Source of the DNA: Patescibacteria group bacterium UBA1406
GTDB lineage: Bacteria > Patescibacteriota > Microgenomatia > UBA1406
Reading direction: 5' to 3'
Length of the DNA stretch: 59,425 nucleotides
Assembly: GCA_002305675.1 (NCBI GenBank)
Contig: DBQA01000006.1
Location: 189,581-249,005 of the forward strand
Shown: piece by piece, positions 35,023-44,034 of the stretch
Layout: every line of letters begins with the position of its first letter
Position numbering within the stretch: the stretch's first letter is position 1
Translations under genes and position numbers: made by a program
The notes under the pieces: generated by a model
Seen by the model: the letters and a program-made list of their open reading frames with translations, nothing else
Database searches by the model: none
Told to the model about the DNA's origin: nothing

Positions 35023-35436
35023 TTAGACTCTCCTTTTCTTCTTCGGCCTGATCCCGTCATGGGGGATGGGCGTCATGTCGACAAGCTTGCTAACTTCTAA
35101 CTGACTGTTCCGCAAAACTCTCAGTAGCGAGTCGCGGCCCGGTCCGGCCCCTTTTACATAGACCGAAACCTCCGACAATCCGTGTTCGTCGATAGCTTTC
35201 CGCAAAACCTGCTCGATGGTGCTCGTAGCGGCAAAGGGAGTGGACTTTCTGGTGCCGCTGAAGCCGGCCTTTCCGGCCGAGTTCCAGCAGATTGTCCCGC
35301 CTTTGTCGTCGGTGACTGTGATTAGCGTATTGTTGAAGGTGGCGGTCAGATATATCCTTCCTCTGGGCGTATAGCGGGCCTCTTTGCGCGCCGGTTTGTC
35401 AGTTCTCTTGGTTGGTTTGCCTTTGGTGGATTTCAT
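35023..35436 (-). CDS. rpsK: 30S ribosomal protein S11
   Basis: 137 aa. GRIYLTATFNNTLITVTD..G..SAGKAGFSGTRKSTPFAA... Confidence 0.97.
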   Translation of the reverse strand: MKSTKGKPTKRTDKPARKEARYTPRGRIYLTATFNNTLITVTDDKGGTICWNSAGKAGFSGTRKSTPFAATSTIEQVLRKAIDEHGLSEVSVYVKGAGPGRDSLLRVLRNSQLEVSKLVDMTPIPHDGIRPKKKRRV

Positions 35437-35440
35437 TTTT

Positions 35441-35863
35441 TTACTTGGTTACTTTCTTTTGTTGCTCTATCTGGTCGGCCTTGGCCCAGGCTTCTTTGGT
35501 AAGCGCTCCGACCGTGCGCTTTCTGCCTTTTCTGGTCCTGGCATTGGAGCGGGTACGCTGCCCTCTGGTCGGCAGGCCCCTGGCGTGCCTGTAGCCACGG
35601 TAACTGCTGATCTCCTTCAGTCTTTTGACGTTCTCGTTGATCTCAGCCCTCAGATCGCCCTCGACACGGAAATTCTTCTCTATGAAATCCTGGATCCGCT
35701 TGATATCCTCATCACTGAGGTCCTTTATCTTTTTGTTGGCTCCAATCTTGACACTCTCCAGTATTTTTCTGGAGCGTGAAAACCCGATCCCATAGATCAT
35801 GGTCAGGGCATATTCGACCCTTTTTTCATCCGGTAGGTTCGTGCCGATAATTCTGACCACCAT
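35441..35863 (-). CDS. rpsM: 30S ribosomal protein S13
   Basis: 140 aa. MVVRIIGTNLPDEKRVEYALTMIYGIG...SYRGYRHARGLPTRGQRTRSNART. Confidence 0.97.
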   Translation of the reverse strand: MVVRIIGTNLPDEKRVEYALTMIYGIGFSRSRKILESVKIGANKKIKDLSDEDIKRIQDFIEKNFRVEGDLRAEINENVKRLKEISSYRGYRHARGLPTRGQRTRSNARTRKGRKRTVGALTKEAWAKADQIEQQKKVTK

Positions 35864-35868
35864 TGTAT

Positions 35869-35982
35869 TTATCCTTGCCTTTGCTTGTGCTTAGGGTTAA
35901 CGCAAATAACTTGTATTTTGCCCCTTCTTTTCACTATCTTGCATTTCGGGCATATCTTTTTGACCGATGCCTGTACTTTCAT
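35869..35982 (-). CDS. rpmJ: 50S ribosomal protein L36 (Zn-ribbon form)
   Basis: Not in the ORF track (37 aa). Manual translation gives [37 protein letters not shown], the canonical L36. It sits between infA and rpsM as expected. Confidence 0.95.
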   Translation of the reverse strand: MKVQASVKKICPKCKIVKRRGKIQVICVNPKHKQRQG

Positions 35983-35986
35983 ATTT

Positions 35987-36208
35987 TCAGATCCTGTATA
36001 TGATTCTGCCCCTGTACTTGTCGTAAGGGGTAATCTCAACTTTTACCTTATCCCCCGGGATAATCTTAATAAAGTGCTTACGCATTTTTCCACTCAAATA
36101 GCACATAACCTCCTTGTCAATCCCTTCCACCCTGACTCTGAACATGGTATTCGGGAGGTTTTCCGTAACTTCCCCAATCACAACCATATTGCCACTTTCT
36201 TGTCGCAT
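35987..36208 (-). CDS. infA: Translation initiation factor IF-1
   Basis: 73 aa. G.V.E.LPN.MFRV....G.EV.CY.SGKMRK..I.I.PGD.V.VE..PYD..RGRI.YR. TGA stop. Confidence 0.97.
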   Translation of the reverse strand: MRQESGNMVVIGEVTENLPNTMFRVRVEGIDKEVMCYLSGKMRKHFIKIIPGDKVKVEITPYDKYRGRIIYRI

Positions 36209-36252
36209 ACGAAAGTATTAATTATAACATTAAAACTGCAAATTTCAAAGCG

Positions 36253-37005
36253 CTAATTCACTAAAATTAAGGCCTCCTGCTTGTCAATGAAAACCGAGTT
36301 CTCGAAACAAGCGCTCAGGCTATTGTTCTTAGTCCGCAGACTCCATCCGTCACTGCCGGCATAGACCGCCCGGTGGTCGGAAACGGAGTATATCACTTCC
36401 AAAGCGTAGGCCGTCCCCACTTCCAGTTTGGGTGTTTTCTTGATATCAGTGTCCAGAAATCCCGGGATGAGCGGGTCCTCATGGAGCTCCTTACCCACCG
36501 CATGTCCGGTCAGGTCCAGGATGACCCTGTAACCTGCCTTCTCGATACTCTCCTCAATGGTCTGGCTCAGAACGCCGATATGCCTGCCGGGCTTGGCCAG
36601 TTTCAAAAGTTTGTCGAGAGTTCCCCGGCCGGCATCAAGAAACTTTTTTATCTCGCCGGACGGCTCCTCCGCCACCAAATATGTATCACCGTAGTCCACA
36701 TGGTATCCGCCGTAGTAGACCCCGATGTCCAGTTTTAAAAGATCGCCTTTCTTCAGTCTGTAACTTCCGGGAACTCCGTGTACCACCACTTCATTGACTG
36801 AGAGACAGGTCGCCCATCTGTATCCGGGCACTTTATCAAAGCTCGTTTCCGCTCCCATCCGTCTGATCAGCTGGCGGGCATGCCTGTCAATTTCCAGTGT
36901 CTTGATACCGGGAACGATCTGTTTCTCGAGCTCTCCGACAACTGCCTTCAGTATCCTGCCGCCTTCCAACATCGCCTGTTTTTTTCTTGCCAATACCTTA
37001 TCCAT
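36253..37005 (-). CDS. map: Methionine aminopeptidase, type I
   Basis: 250 aa. VVHGVPG...LKKGDLLKLDIGV.YGGYH.D...T. plus the HAVG..LHE metal ligand pattern. Confidence 0.95.
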   Translation of the reverse strand: MDKVLARKKQAMLEGGRILKAVVGELEKQIVPGIKTLEIDRHARQLIRRMGAETSFDKVPGYRWATCLSVNEVVVHGVPGSYRLKKGDLLKLDIGVYYGGYHVDYGDTYLVAEEPSGEIKKFLDAGRGTLDKLLKLAKPGRHIGVLSQTIEESIEKAGYRVILDLTGHAVGKELHEDPLIPGFLDTDIKKTPKLEVGTAYALEVIYSVSDHRAVYAGSDGWSLRTKNNSLSACFENSVFIDKQEALILVN

Positions 37006-37011
37006 CCTCGT

Positions 37012-38136
37012 TTAGACTATCCCGTAATAAACCTCGCGGTAAACCTCTTCCAACTTATCCTCCAAGTCCCGGACGGTGCCGTTGTTAATGACAATCTTAT
37101 CGGCCAGGGCGATGGTGGGTCCCATATTCAGGTTCAGAACTTCCTGGACATCCCTCTTCTCACCGCGGAGGTTGGAGCGGACCTTGCGGGCCTTTATCCT
37201 TTTGTAACGGAGCTTCTTGTCCGCGACAATCGCCAGGAGGAAGATGTTCTTAAACACTTTCTTGGCATACAGGTACTCCTCGTAAGACCGCATGCCATCG
37301 ATTACCACTACCTTCTCATCATTCAGGAGCTTCTTGATCTTTGGGCTATTCGCGACCATATAGGCAGCCATTCCTTCCTTTCTCCTCAGCTCTTCCCGGA
37401 CCTTGCGTTCGTTCTCCACGGTAAAACTGAGTCCCTTCTCTTTAATGATCTCGTCCGTGATCTGCCCGAGCCGCACCACCGGGAAACCCTTCTCCCGGAA
37501 GAAGTCGGCGGCTGCGCTTTTTCCCGCTCCGGGCAGACCGACTACCGCCAGGAGGACCTTTTTTCGCTTCTGCCAGTCTGTCACCCCGTTCTTGCCGATG
37601 GTCTTGCCCACCGACTTGAGGATCATCTCATTGACCTTCTTGATGCTCTTGCTGCCGTCGATCTCTGTCAGCAGTTTTTTCTGCCGGTAATAATCCAGAA
37701 CCGGCCCGGTGGATCTGTGGAAAATCTCGATCCGCTTCTTCAGGGCCGTGATAGTGTCATCGTCCCGGCCATCGGTGCGCCCCGCTATTCTCCACAACGC
37801 CTCCTTGTCTGGGATCTTCAGGTAGAGGACGTGGTCGACATTGTTCTTGAAATTCTTGGCCTGGTAAATATTGCGTGGGAAGCCGTCCAGGATATAGCCC
37901 TTGGCATACTCCGACCTGGACAGGTAGCTGTTGACGATCTCGATGGTCTCCTTGTCAGGAATGAGAAGGCCGGCCGCCATTGTCTCCTTCACAAACCTTC
38001 CCCAACCTGTCTTTTCCTGGGCAATCATCCGGAAGATGTGCCCGGTTGAGAGATAGGGAACATGGAATTGTCTGGACAACAGGTTTCCCTGGGTCGATTT
38101 ACCGGCACCCGGGATCCCGAAAAGGACTATTTTCAT
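37012..38136 (-). CDS. adk: Adenylate kinase (short-lid) fused to a second P-loop nucleotide-kinase-like domain (CoaE/UPF0200-like)
   Basis: 374 aa. Residues 1-~180: IVLFGIPGAGKSTQ..STGHIFR..YILDGFPRN..R.DD (Adk). Residues ~195-374: a second Walker A VVGLPGAGKSAAADFFREKGFPVV, IDGMRSYEEY and ADKIVINNGTVRDLE. Confidence 0.85.
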   Translation of the reverse strand: MKIVLFGIPGAGKSTQGNLLSRQFHVPYLSTGHIFRMIAQEKTGWGRFVKETMAAGLLIPDKETIEIVNSYLSRSEYAKGYILDGFPRNIYQAKNFKNNVDHVLYLKIPDKEALWRIAGRTDGRDDDTITALKKRIEIFHRSTGPVLDYYRQKKLLTEIDGSKSIKKVNEMILKSVGKTIGKNGVTDWQKRKKVLLAVVGLPGAGKSAAADFFREKGFPVVRLGQITDEIIKEKGLSFTVENERKVREELRRKEGMAAYMVANSPKIKKLLNDEKVVVIDGMRSYEEYLYAKKVFKNIFLLAIVADKKLRYKRIKARKVRSNLRGEKRDVQEVLNLNMGPTIALADKIVINNGTVRDLEDKLEEVYREVYYGIV

Positions 38137-39428
38137 AGACGGGTCTGTAACTTTTCATAACTTTGAGTGACCAGCTGGGCCTGGATGACCTTATATGTCT
38201 CAAGGATGACCGACACGATGATGAGGATACTCGTCCCGCCAAAGAACAAAAGCTGCATGCCGGTGAAAGCAGACACTATGTTCGGCATGATGGCAATCAG
38301 CCCGAGGAAAGTTGCCCCCACAAAGGTGAGTTTGTACAAAGTCCTTTCCAGATATTCTTTCGTGTTCTTGCCCGGCCTGATGCCCGGGATGAAACCCCCA
38401 TGCTTCTGGATCTCTTCGGTAATTTTCTGGGGATTGAACACGACCGAGGAATAGAAGAAAGTGAACACCACCACGAGCAGGAAGTAGATCGCATTATAGA
38501 GGATGCCGTTCGCATTGAAGACGGTGACCAGGAATTCCCCTACCGACTGCAGCGATGGGTTAGCCGAGCTAGAGAGGAAATTACCGATGAGCTGCGGAAA
38601 AAGCACAAAGGAAACAGCGAAGATGATCGGGATGACCCCGGCCTGGCTGAGCTTGATAGGCAGGTAGTTGGTCGCTCCCCCGAACATCTTGCCTCCCCTG
38701 ACCCTCTTGGCATAGTAGACGGGAATCTTTCTCTTTGCCTCATTCAAAACCACCACGCTATAGATAACGAGAAGAGACAAAAGGACCAGGATAAGGGAAG
38801 GGATCATTGTTTCCTGGTTCAGCAGGTTGAAGGACTGCAGCAAAACGACCGGTATCCGACCGACAATGCCGGCCAGAATGATAAACGAAACGCCGTTCCC
38901 CACACCGAACTCCGAGATCAATTCGCCCAGCCATACCAGTATAAAGGTGCCTGCCGTCAGAGACAGGGCAAAAACCACGAGCTCCAGAAAGCCGAGGGAA
39001 CCGATGATGTTTTGATTGTTCAGGAAAAAATACATTCCGACTGCCTGGAAAAAGGCTATGGGCAGCGTTAGAAACCTGGTGTATTGGTTTATCTTGAAAC
39101 GGCCGTATTCCCCCTCCTTCTGCAGGGCTTCCAAAGGCGGGTAGACCACCGTCAGAAGCTGTAGGGCAATCGAGGCGTTGATGTATGGGTTGAGTCCAAT
39201 GGCCAAAATGGAAAAGTTCACCAGCGTCCCGCCGCTGAAAATATCCAACAGGATAAGGAACTGGTTGGTGGCGAAAAGCTCCCTCAGCCTGTCAATATCA
39301 ATGGCAGGCATGGTAACATAGGCAAACAAACGAAAGACGAGGATGATAAAAAGGGTAAATAAAAATTTCCTGCGTATAGTGGGGTTCCCGAAGATATCCC
39401 TAAAGAAGTTCTTAAGATTGATATTCAC
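38133..39428 (-). CDS. secY: Preprotein translocase subunit SecY
   Basis: 431 aa, 10-TM pattern, conserved [23 protein letters not shown]. Confidence 0.97.
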   Translation of the reverse strand: MNINLKNFFRDIFGNPTIRRKFLFTLFIILVFRLFAYVTMPAIDIDRLRELFATNQFLILLDIFSGGTLVNFSILAIGLNPYINASIALQLLTVVYPPLEALQKEGEYGRFKINQYTRFLTLPIAFFQAVGMYFFLNNQNIIGSLGFLELVVFALSLTAGTFILVWLGELISEFGVGNGVSFIILAGIVGRIPVVLLQSFNLLNQETMIPSLILVLLSLLVIYSVVVLNEAKRKIPVYYAKRVRGGKMFGGATNYLPIKLSQAGVIPIIFAVSFVLFPQLIGNFLSSSANPSLQSVGEFLVTVFNANGILYNAIYFLLVVVFTFFYSSVVFNPQKITEEIQKHGGFIPGIRPGKNTKEYLERTLYKLTFVGATFLGLIAIMPNIVSAFTGMQLLFFGGTSILIIVSVILETYKVIQAQLVTQSYEKLQTRL

Positions 39429-39855
39429 CGCCGGCTGCTTTAACTTTTTCTATCGCCTCCTTTGAAGAGCTGATCTTCACGGTCAGTTTTTTGGTCAGTT
39501 TGCCCTTGCCCAGAAGCTTGAGCCCCTGCCTGGTCTCGGATTCAACTACCATACCCGCCTTAATCAGACTCTCCTTATCTATCACCATACCATTTTTTAC
39601 CTGAGTATGTTTTTCCAGATCACCGACATTAAGAATCGTCGGTTTGCCGCTAACAGGCTTGTTCTTGCCCTTACCCCTAAGCATCGGCAGTCTGATGCTC
39701 AATATGGCTTGGCCACCCTCAAAAAGAGGTTTGACACCCTCCCTTGACTTCTGGCCTTTGTTGCCACGGCCGGCGTATTTACCTTTGCCCGAACCCCAGC
39801 CCCGGCCAACCCGCTTTTTACTTTTCCCTGTTATTTTAGGCAGTTTGTTAAGCAT
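39412..39855 (-). CDS. rplO: 50S ribosomal protein L15
   Basis: 147 aa. [26 protein letters not shown]. The start overlaps the rpsE 3' end by 8 nt. Confidence 0.96.
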   Translation of the reverse strand: MLNKLPKITGKSKKRVGRGWGSGKGKYAGRGNKGQKSREGVKPLFEGGQAILSIRLPMLRGKGKNKPVSGKPTILNVGDLEKHTQVKNGMVIDKESLIKAGMVVESETRQGLKLLGKGKLTKKLTVKISSSKEAIEKVKAAGGEYQS

Positions 39856-40309
39856 GGTTTTGCCCTCTCTTTCTGAACTCCTGAAAAACCTTATAGACGG
39901 CGTAAGTCAGGTTTATCTTATTGTTGGAACCAAGTATCTTGCCGGAAAGGTCTCTGACGCCAGAGAGCTCCATAAGGGGCCTGATAACGCTGCCTACCTT
40001 CAGACCGGTACCCTGGGGGGCCGGCTTAAGTAATATTTTCGAGGCATTGTACTTTACCTGGATGTCATAGGGGATGGTCGTGCCTTTCAAATCTATCTTG
40101 ATCATTCTCTTCTTGGCCTTCCTCAGCGCCTTATTTATCGCCTGGGGAACTTCCAGGGCCTTGGCCAAACCGATGCCAAGGCTGCCCTGCCCGTCACCCA
40201 CAGCCACAAGTGCCGAAAAGGAGACATAGTTGCCTCCGGGCACCTTCCGCGAAACCCTTCTGATATGCAATACTTTTTCCTGCAAACCTTCGTTCTGATG
40301 GTCTTCCAT
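39848..40309 (-). CDS. rpsE: 30S ribosomal protein S5
   Basis: 153 aa. V..I.RVS.KV.GG....F.ALV.VGDG.G..G.G..KA.EVP.AI.KA. Confidence 0.96.
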   Translation of the reverse strand: MEDHQNEGLQEKVLHIRRVSRKVPGGNYVSFSALVAVGDGQGSLGIGLAKALEVPQAINKALRKAKKRMIKIDLKGTTIPYDIQVKYNASKILLKPAPQGTGLKVGSVIRPLMELSGVRDLSGKILGSNNKINLTYAVYKVFQEFRKRGQNHA

Positions 40310-40317
40310 TTTGTAAT

Positions 40318-40680
40318 TTAAAACTTCAGTCCCTGCTCACGGGCAGAATCGGCCAGGGCCTTCACCCGACCGTGAAACTTGTACCAGCCGCGGTCAAAGA
40401 CTACCTTACTGATCTTCTTTTTCTTGGCCAGCTTGGCAAGTTCGGCGCCGACCATCTTGGCCCTTTCTGTCTTGGGGGTCTTTTCCTCTATCTTCAGATC
40501 GGAGAACGAAACCAGGGTTCTGGCCTTGGCGTCATCGATGATCTGGGCAAAGATATGCTTGCCAGACCTGTACACCGTCAGCCTCGGCTCCGACTTTTTA
40601 GCCAGGATGGGGATCCTGGTCCGCCTTTGCCGCCTGTCCCGTTGTTGTTGAACTTTCTTTTGCATGCTTTTGGTTTTCAT
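40318..40680 (-). CDS. rplR: 50S ribosomal protein L18
   Basis: 120 aa. RLTVYRSGKHIFAQIIDD....L...S........FDRG.YKFHGRVKALAD.ARE.GL.F. Confidence 0.96.
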   Translation of the reverse strand: MKTKSMQKKVQQQRDRRQRRTRIPILAKKSEPRLTVYRSGKHIFAQIIDDAKARTLVSFSDLKIEEKTPKTERAKMVGAELAKLAKKKKISKVVFDRGWYKFHGRVKALADSAREQGLKF

Positions 40681-40700
40681 ATTGTTTAGGACTAACTGAT

Positions 40701-41243
40701 TTATGCTCCTGCCTTGGCTTTCTTGCCGGGCTTAAGCTTCAATACTTCTCCCTGATACCTGATCCCCTTGCCCTTGTATTTGTCAGGTTTTCGGATGGCC
40801 TTCATCTTGGCGGCCGTTTCTCCGACGAACTGCCTGTCTATGCCGCGGACATATACCTTATTGCCTTTTATTTCCACCTGAATTCCCTCGGGAATGGAAA
40901 ACTTGACCGGATGGGAATAGCCTACCTGAAAAACCACTTCCTTGCCTTCCACCTTCGCCCTGTAGCCAACCCCGTGTATCTCCAGAACCTTCTCCCAGGG
41001 TTCCTTGACCCCCTGGACCAGGTTGGCCACCAGCGTTCGGGACAACCCGTGCAATGCGTCCGTCCCTCCTTCCTTGTCGTTCTTCCTCACAAACAGCTGG
41101 CCGTTCTCCAAAACGGCGCTGATACCCGCCGGAAGCGTGACGCTGCCCTCGCCTTTCGGCCCTTTGACCATTACCTTCTGCTCGTCTACGTTCAGCTGGA
41201 CATCCTGGTTAATGGTGATTGGAACTTTTCCTATTTTAGACAT
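40701..41243 (-). CDS. rplF: 50S ribosomal protein L6
   Basis: 180 aa from ATG 41243 (MSKIGKVPITI...). The tracker start 41300 would overlap rpsH. Two L6 repeats, ..GVGYRA....YKGKGIRY.GE. Confidence 0.95.
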   Translation of the reverse strand: MSKIGKVPITINQDVQLNVDEQKVMVKGPKGEGSVTLPAGISAVLENGQLFVRKNDKEGGTDALHGLSRTLVANLVQGVKEPWEKVLEIHGVGYRAKVEGKEVVFQVGYSHPVKFSIPEGIQVEIKGNKVYVRGIDRQFVGETAAKMKAIRKPDKYKGKGIRYQGEVLKLKPGKKAKAGA

Positions 41244-41247
41244 TTTC

Positions 41248-41640
41248 TTAGAAAACTTCTGCGATGAGCTCTCCGCCCAAATTTTTCTTTTTTGCCTCAC
41301 TGCCGGTCATAATTCCCTTAGACGTGCTCACTAAAAGGACGCCGCTGCCACCCTTGACAGAGTATATCTCCTTGGCCCTGATATAAATGCGCCGGCCCGG
41401 CTTGCTCACTCTTTTCACGTCGAGAATGCTCCGGACCCCCGTATCAAGAAGCTCAACCTTCAGGTTCTTCTTGCCGTCTTCTTCGGCCATCTGGAAGTCC
41501 TTGATAAAGCCACTCTCTTTGAGAACCTTGAGGGTGCCCTCCTTCTCCTTGGAGTACGGCACATCCACCTCCCGGTGGGAGGCCAGATAGCCGTTCTTAA
41601 CTCTGATCAAAAGGTCACCCAAACTGTCAGATATAACCAT
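41248..41640 (-). CDS. rpsH: 30S ribosomal protein S8
   Basis: 130 aa. D.L.DLLIRVKNG......V..P.SK......LK..GFI.. Confidence 0.96.
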   Translation of the reverse strand: MVISDSLGDLLIRVKNGYLASHREVDVPYSKEKEGTLKVLKESGFIKDFQMAEEDGKKNLKVELLDTGVRSILDVKRVSKPGRRIYIRAKEIYSVKGGSGVLLVSTSKGIMTGSEAKKKNLGGELIAEVF

Positions 41641-41647
41641 ATTCTTT

Positions 41648-41833
41648 TTACCAGGAAGCTTTTAATACACCGGGGATCTCCCCGGCGGTGGCTGCCTTCT
41701 TGAAACAGATCCGGCAGAGCCCGAAGCGCCTGATATAGCCCCTCGAGCGTCCACAATTCATACACCTGTTGACGTGCCTGGTCTTAAATTTCTGCTCTCT
41801 CTGAAATTTGACGATATCGCTTGTTTTAGCCAT
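41648..41833 (-). CDS. rpsN: 30S ribosomal protein S14, short Zn-binding (type Z) form
   Basis: 61 aa. [22 protein letters not shown] (C-x2-C...C-x2-C) ..ASW. Confidence 0.96.
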   Translation of the reverse strand: MAKTSDIVKFQREQKFKTRHVNRCMNCGRSRGYIRRFGLCRICFKKAATAGEIPGVLKASW

Positions 41834-42400
41834 TTAGGACTGTTTTTTAACTTTTGCTAGCTCACCCTTGAACGGTATCCCGACTTTCTTCAAAAGTTCG
41901 ATAGCCTCCCTGTCCGTTCCAGCAGTGGTGACGATCGTCACTTCAAGTCCGCGGATCCTGTCGACCTGATCATATTCTATATCAGGAAAGATCGTCTGCT
42001 CGCGAAAACCGAGATTAAGGTTCCCGAGCCCGTCCAAACCGTTCGTGGAGATACCTTTAAAGTCTCTTTGCCGCGGAAGTACTATTTTAACAAGTTTTTC
42101 CAGGAAATCAAACATCCGATCCCCTCTTAAAGTGACTTTTAGGCCGATAGGCATACCCTTTCTGACTTTGAAGGCCGAGATCGATTTCTTGGCCTTGGTG
42201 ATGATTGGTTTCTGTCCGGTGATCGTTTCAAGCTGCTTCGCCACCTTGTCTATAACGCCCTTGTTACCGACTGCATCGTTCAGGCCCATGTTCACCACTA
42301 TCTTAGACAGCCTGGGAACCTCCAGACTGTTCTTATACTTCATCTCCTTGGATAGCTCGGGCAGCATCTCCTTGAAGTAGTTGGCTTTTAAATTGTTCAT
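41834..42400 (-). CDS. rplE: 50S ribosomal protein L5
   Basis: 188 aa. P.L.KIVVNMG......N......A...L..ITGQKP..TKAKKSI..FK.R.GMPIG.KVTLRG. Confidence 0.96.
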   Translation of the reverse strand: MNNLKANYFKEMLPELSKEMKYKNSLEVPRLSKIVVNMGLNDAVGNKGVIDKVAKQLETITGQKPIITKAKKSISAFKVRKGMPIGLKVTLRGDRMFDFLEKLVKIVLPRQRDFKGISTNGLDGLGNLNLGFREQTIFPDIEYDQVDRIRGLEVTIVTTAGTDREAIELLKKVGIPFKGELAKVKKQS

Positions 42401-42424
42401 GTTTTTCGGTGGCTAATTTACTAA

Positions 42425-42742
42425 TTACTTGATGACCTGCTGACACTTACGGCAGAACCTGATCTTTTTGCCTTTGGCGTCCACTTTGAAACCGACCCTG
42501 GTCTTCTCTTTGCAGTTTGGGCAGATGACCATCACTTTTGACACGTCCAAAGGTTTCGGCACATCGACCACCCCTCCCTGGGGGAAGGCCTCGCTCTTTT
42601 TCACATGCTTCTTGCTGACATTGACTCCTTTGACAAGGACCCGGCCCGAATTAGGGTATACCTTCTCCACTTGGGCCTCCCGGCCTTTGTCTTTCCCTAA
42701 AATGACGGCTACCTTGTCTCCTTTTTTTATCTTCATGCTCAT
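42425..42742 (-). CDS. rplX: 50S ribosomal protein L24 (with four-Cys C-terminal motif)
   Basis: 105 aa. KOW motif IKKGDKVAVILGKDKGREAQV. C-terminal CPNCKEKTRVGFKVDAKGKKIRFCRKC. Confidence 0.95.
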   Translation of the reverse strand: MSMKIKKGDKVAVILGKDKGREAQVEKVYPNSGRVLVKGVNVSKKHVKKSEAFPQGGVVDVPKPLDVSKVMVICPNCKEKTRVGFKVDAKGKKIRFCRKCQQVIK

Positions 42743-42756
42743 GGCTTTTGCAGAAA

Positions 42757-43128
42757 TTAATATAGCTCTTTAGCTAAACTGGCAATTTTGGCAAATCCGA
42801 GCTGCCTGATCTCGCGGGCAATAGGCCCGAAAATCCTGGTCCCCTTCGGCACGTTCGTTTTGCCGTCCAATATCACACAGGCGTTGTCGTCAAAACGGAT
42901 GTAGGAACCGTCCGGTCGGCGGTTCTCCTTTTTGGTCCTGACAATGACCGCCCGTACCACCTGATGGTTCCTGATCTGACCGTCCGGGTCTGCTTTTTTC
43001 ACCACGACGGTGATGACATCGCCGAGCTTGGCCTTGATGACATTACCGCGCCCCGGAATACCGATCAGTTGGGCACTCTTGGCTCCGGTATTGTCTGCCA
43101 CCACCAGGGTGGACCTTAACTGCAACAT
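42757..43128 (-). CDS. rplN: 50S ribosomal protein L14
   Basis: 123 aa. MLQLRSTLVVADNTGAK......G........GD.I...VK.A.P. Confidence 0.97.
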   Translation of the reverse strand: MLQLRSTLVVADNTGAKSAQLIGIPGRGNVIKAKLGDVITVVVKKADPDGQIRNHQVVRAVIVRTKKENRRPDGSYIRFDDNACVILDGKTNVPKGTRIFGPIAREIRQLGFAKIASLAKELY

Positions 43129-43130
43129 GG

Positions 43131-43394
43131 TTATTTCTTCTTTCCGGCTGCGGCCGGTTTAACTTCTACCTTTTCCACCACTTCAAAATGCTTGTTCTTG
43201 GAGAGCGGCCTGGTTTCCTTGATCCTGACCAGATCCCCCTCGCTCAAGCTGAGCTTTTCATTGTGTGCCAGATAATTCTTGTGCTCCTTGACAACCTTCT
43301 CGTACATAGGGTGCCGGTATCTTCTCTCCACCCTGACTTTGGCGGTCTTCTGCATCTTGGTTGAGACAACTACTCCTTCAAGTATCTTCGCCAT
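43131..43394 (-). CDS. rpsQ: 30S ribosomal protein S17
   Basis: 87 aa. G.VVS.KM.KT..V.VER...HP.Y.K........AH. Confidence 0.95.
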   Translation of the reverse strand: MAKILEGVVVSTKMQKTAKVRVERRYRHPMYEKVVKEHKNYLAHNEKLSLSEGDLVRIKETRPLSKNKHFEVVEKVEVKPAAAGKKK

Positions 43395-43403
43395 TTCTTG
43401 GTA

Positions 43404-43628
43404 CTAACTTTTAATCTCCGCGAGAATCTTTTTCTCCTTCAGAACGGTTTTTACCCTGGCCGCGAGCTTCCGGCTTTTGGAAGCGATATTCGTGTTCTTA
43501 GTCTTGCCACTCGCCAGTTCCGAAAGGTCCTTCTGCATGCTCTCCAAGGTGCCATGCAATAGATTTAAGAGTTCTTTTTCACTCTTTTTCCTTAGTTCTG
43601 CCACTGAGGTTGTTTTCTGTTTACTCAT
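43404..43628 (-). CDS. rpmC: 50S ribosomal protein L29
   Basis: 74 aa. ELRKKSEKELLNLL pattern, helical hairpin, operon position between rplP and rpsQ. Confidence 0.9.
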   Translation of the reverse strand: MSKQKTTSVAELRKKSEKELLNLLHGTLESMQKDLSELASGKTKNTNIASKSRKLAARVKTVLKEKKILAEIKS

Positions 43629-44034
43629 TTTCTTTGTCTATGACCTTGGTGGCAACTGGTAATTTGCTGGCGACTTTTTTCAGGATGCGGTTCGCCTCCT
43701 GGGGATTCACCCCATCGAGTTCGAACATGACCGTCCCGGGCACAACAGAGCTGACATAGTGGGAAACGTCCCCCTTGCCAGATCCCATTCCAACCTCCAA
43801 AGGTTTCTTTGTATACGGCTTATGGGGGAATATCCTGATGAAGTAGCGGCCGATCTTGCGTGTCTCCCTGGACAGGACGACCCTGGCAGACTCGATCTGC
43901 CTATCGGTGATCCATTCCTTAGCCAATGACTGCAGGCCGTAGCGACCGAAGTTGACCTTATTACCTTTGGTAGCAATCCTCCGCCAGATTCCCCGGAAAG
44001 TTTTCCGGTGCTTGGTTTTTTTAGGAGCTAACAT
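43621..44034 (-). CDS. rplP: 50S ribosomal protein L16
   Basis: 137 aa. MLAPKKTKHRK.FRG...G.A.KGN.V.FG.YGLQ... IE.ARV...R. Confidence 0.97.
   Translation of the reverse strand: MLAPKKTKHRKTFRGIWRRIATKGNKVNFGRYGLQSLAKEWITDRQIESARVVLSRETRKIGRYFIRIFPHKPYTKKPLEVGMGSGKGDVSHYVSSVVPGTVMFELDGVNPQEANRILKKVASKLPVATKVIDKENE

Noticed and set aside
36880-39071. Long plus-strand ORFs (36880-38049, 389 aa; 38163-39071, 302 aa), with similar cases at 48384-49238, 57654-58376, 17243-18025, 6217-6834 and 44155-44698
   Set aside because: They are antisense shadows of strongly conserved genes (adk/map, secY, tuf, serS, flippase, GT4, rpsC). The translations are low-complexity (D/E/R/H/G/P-rich) with no motifs, while the opposite strand is unambiguous.
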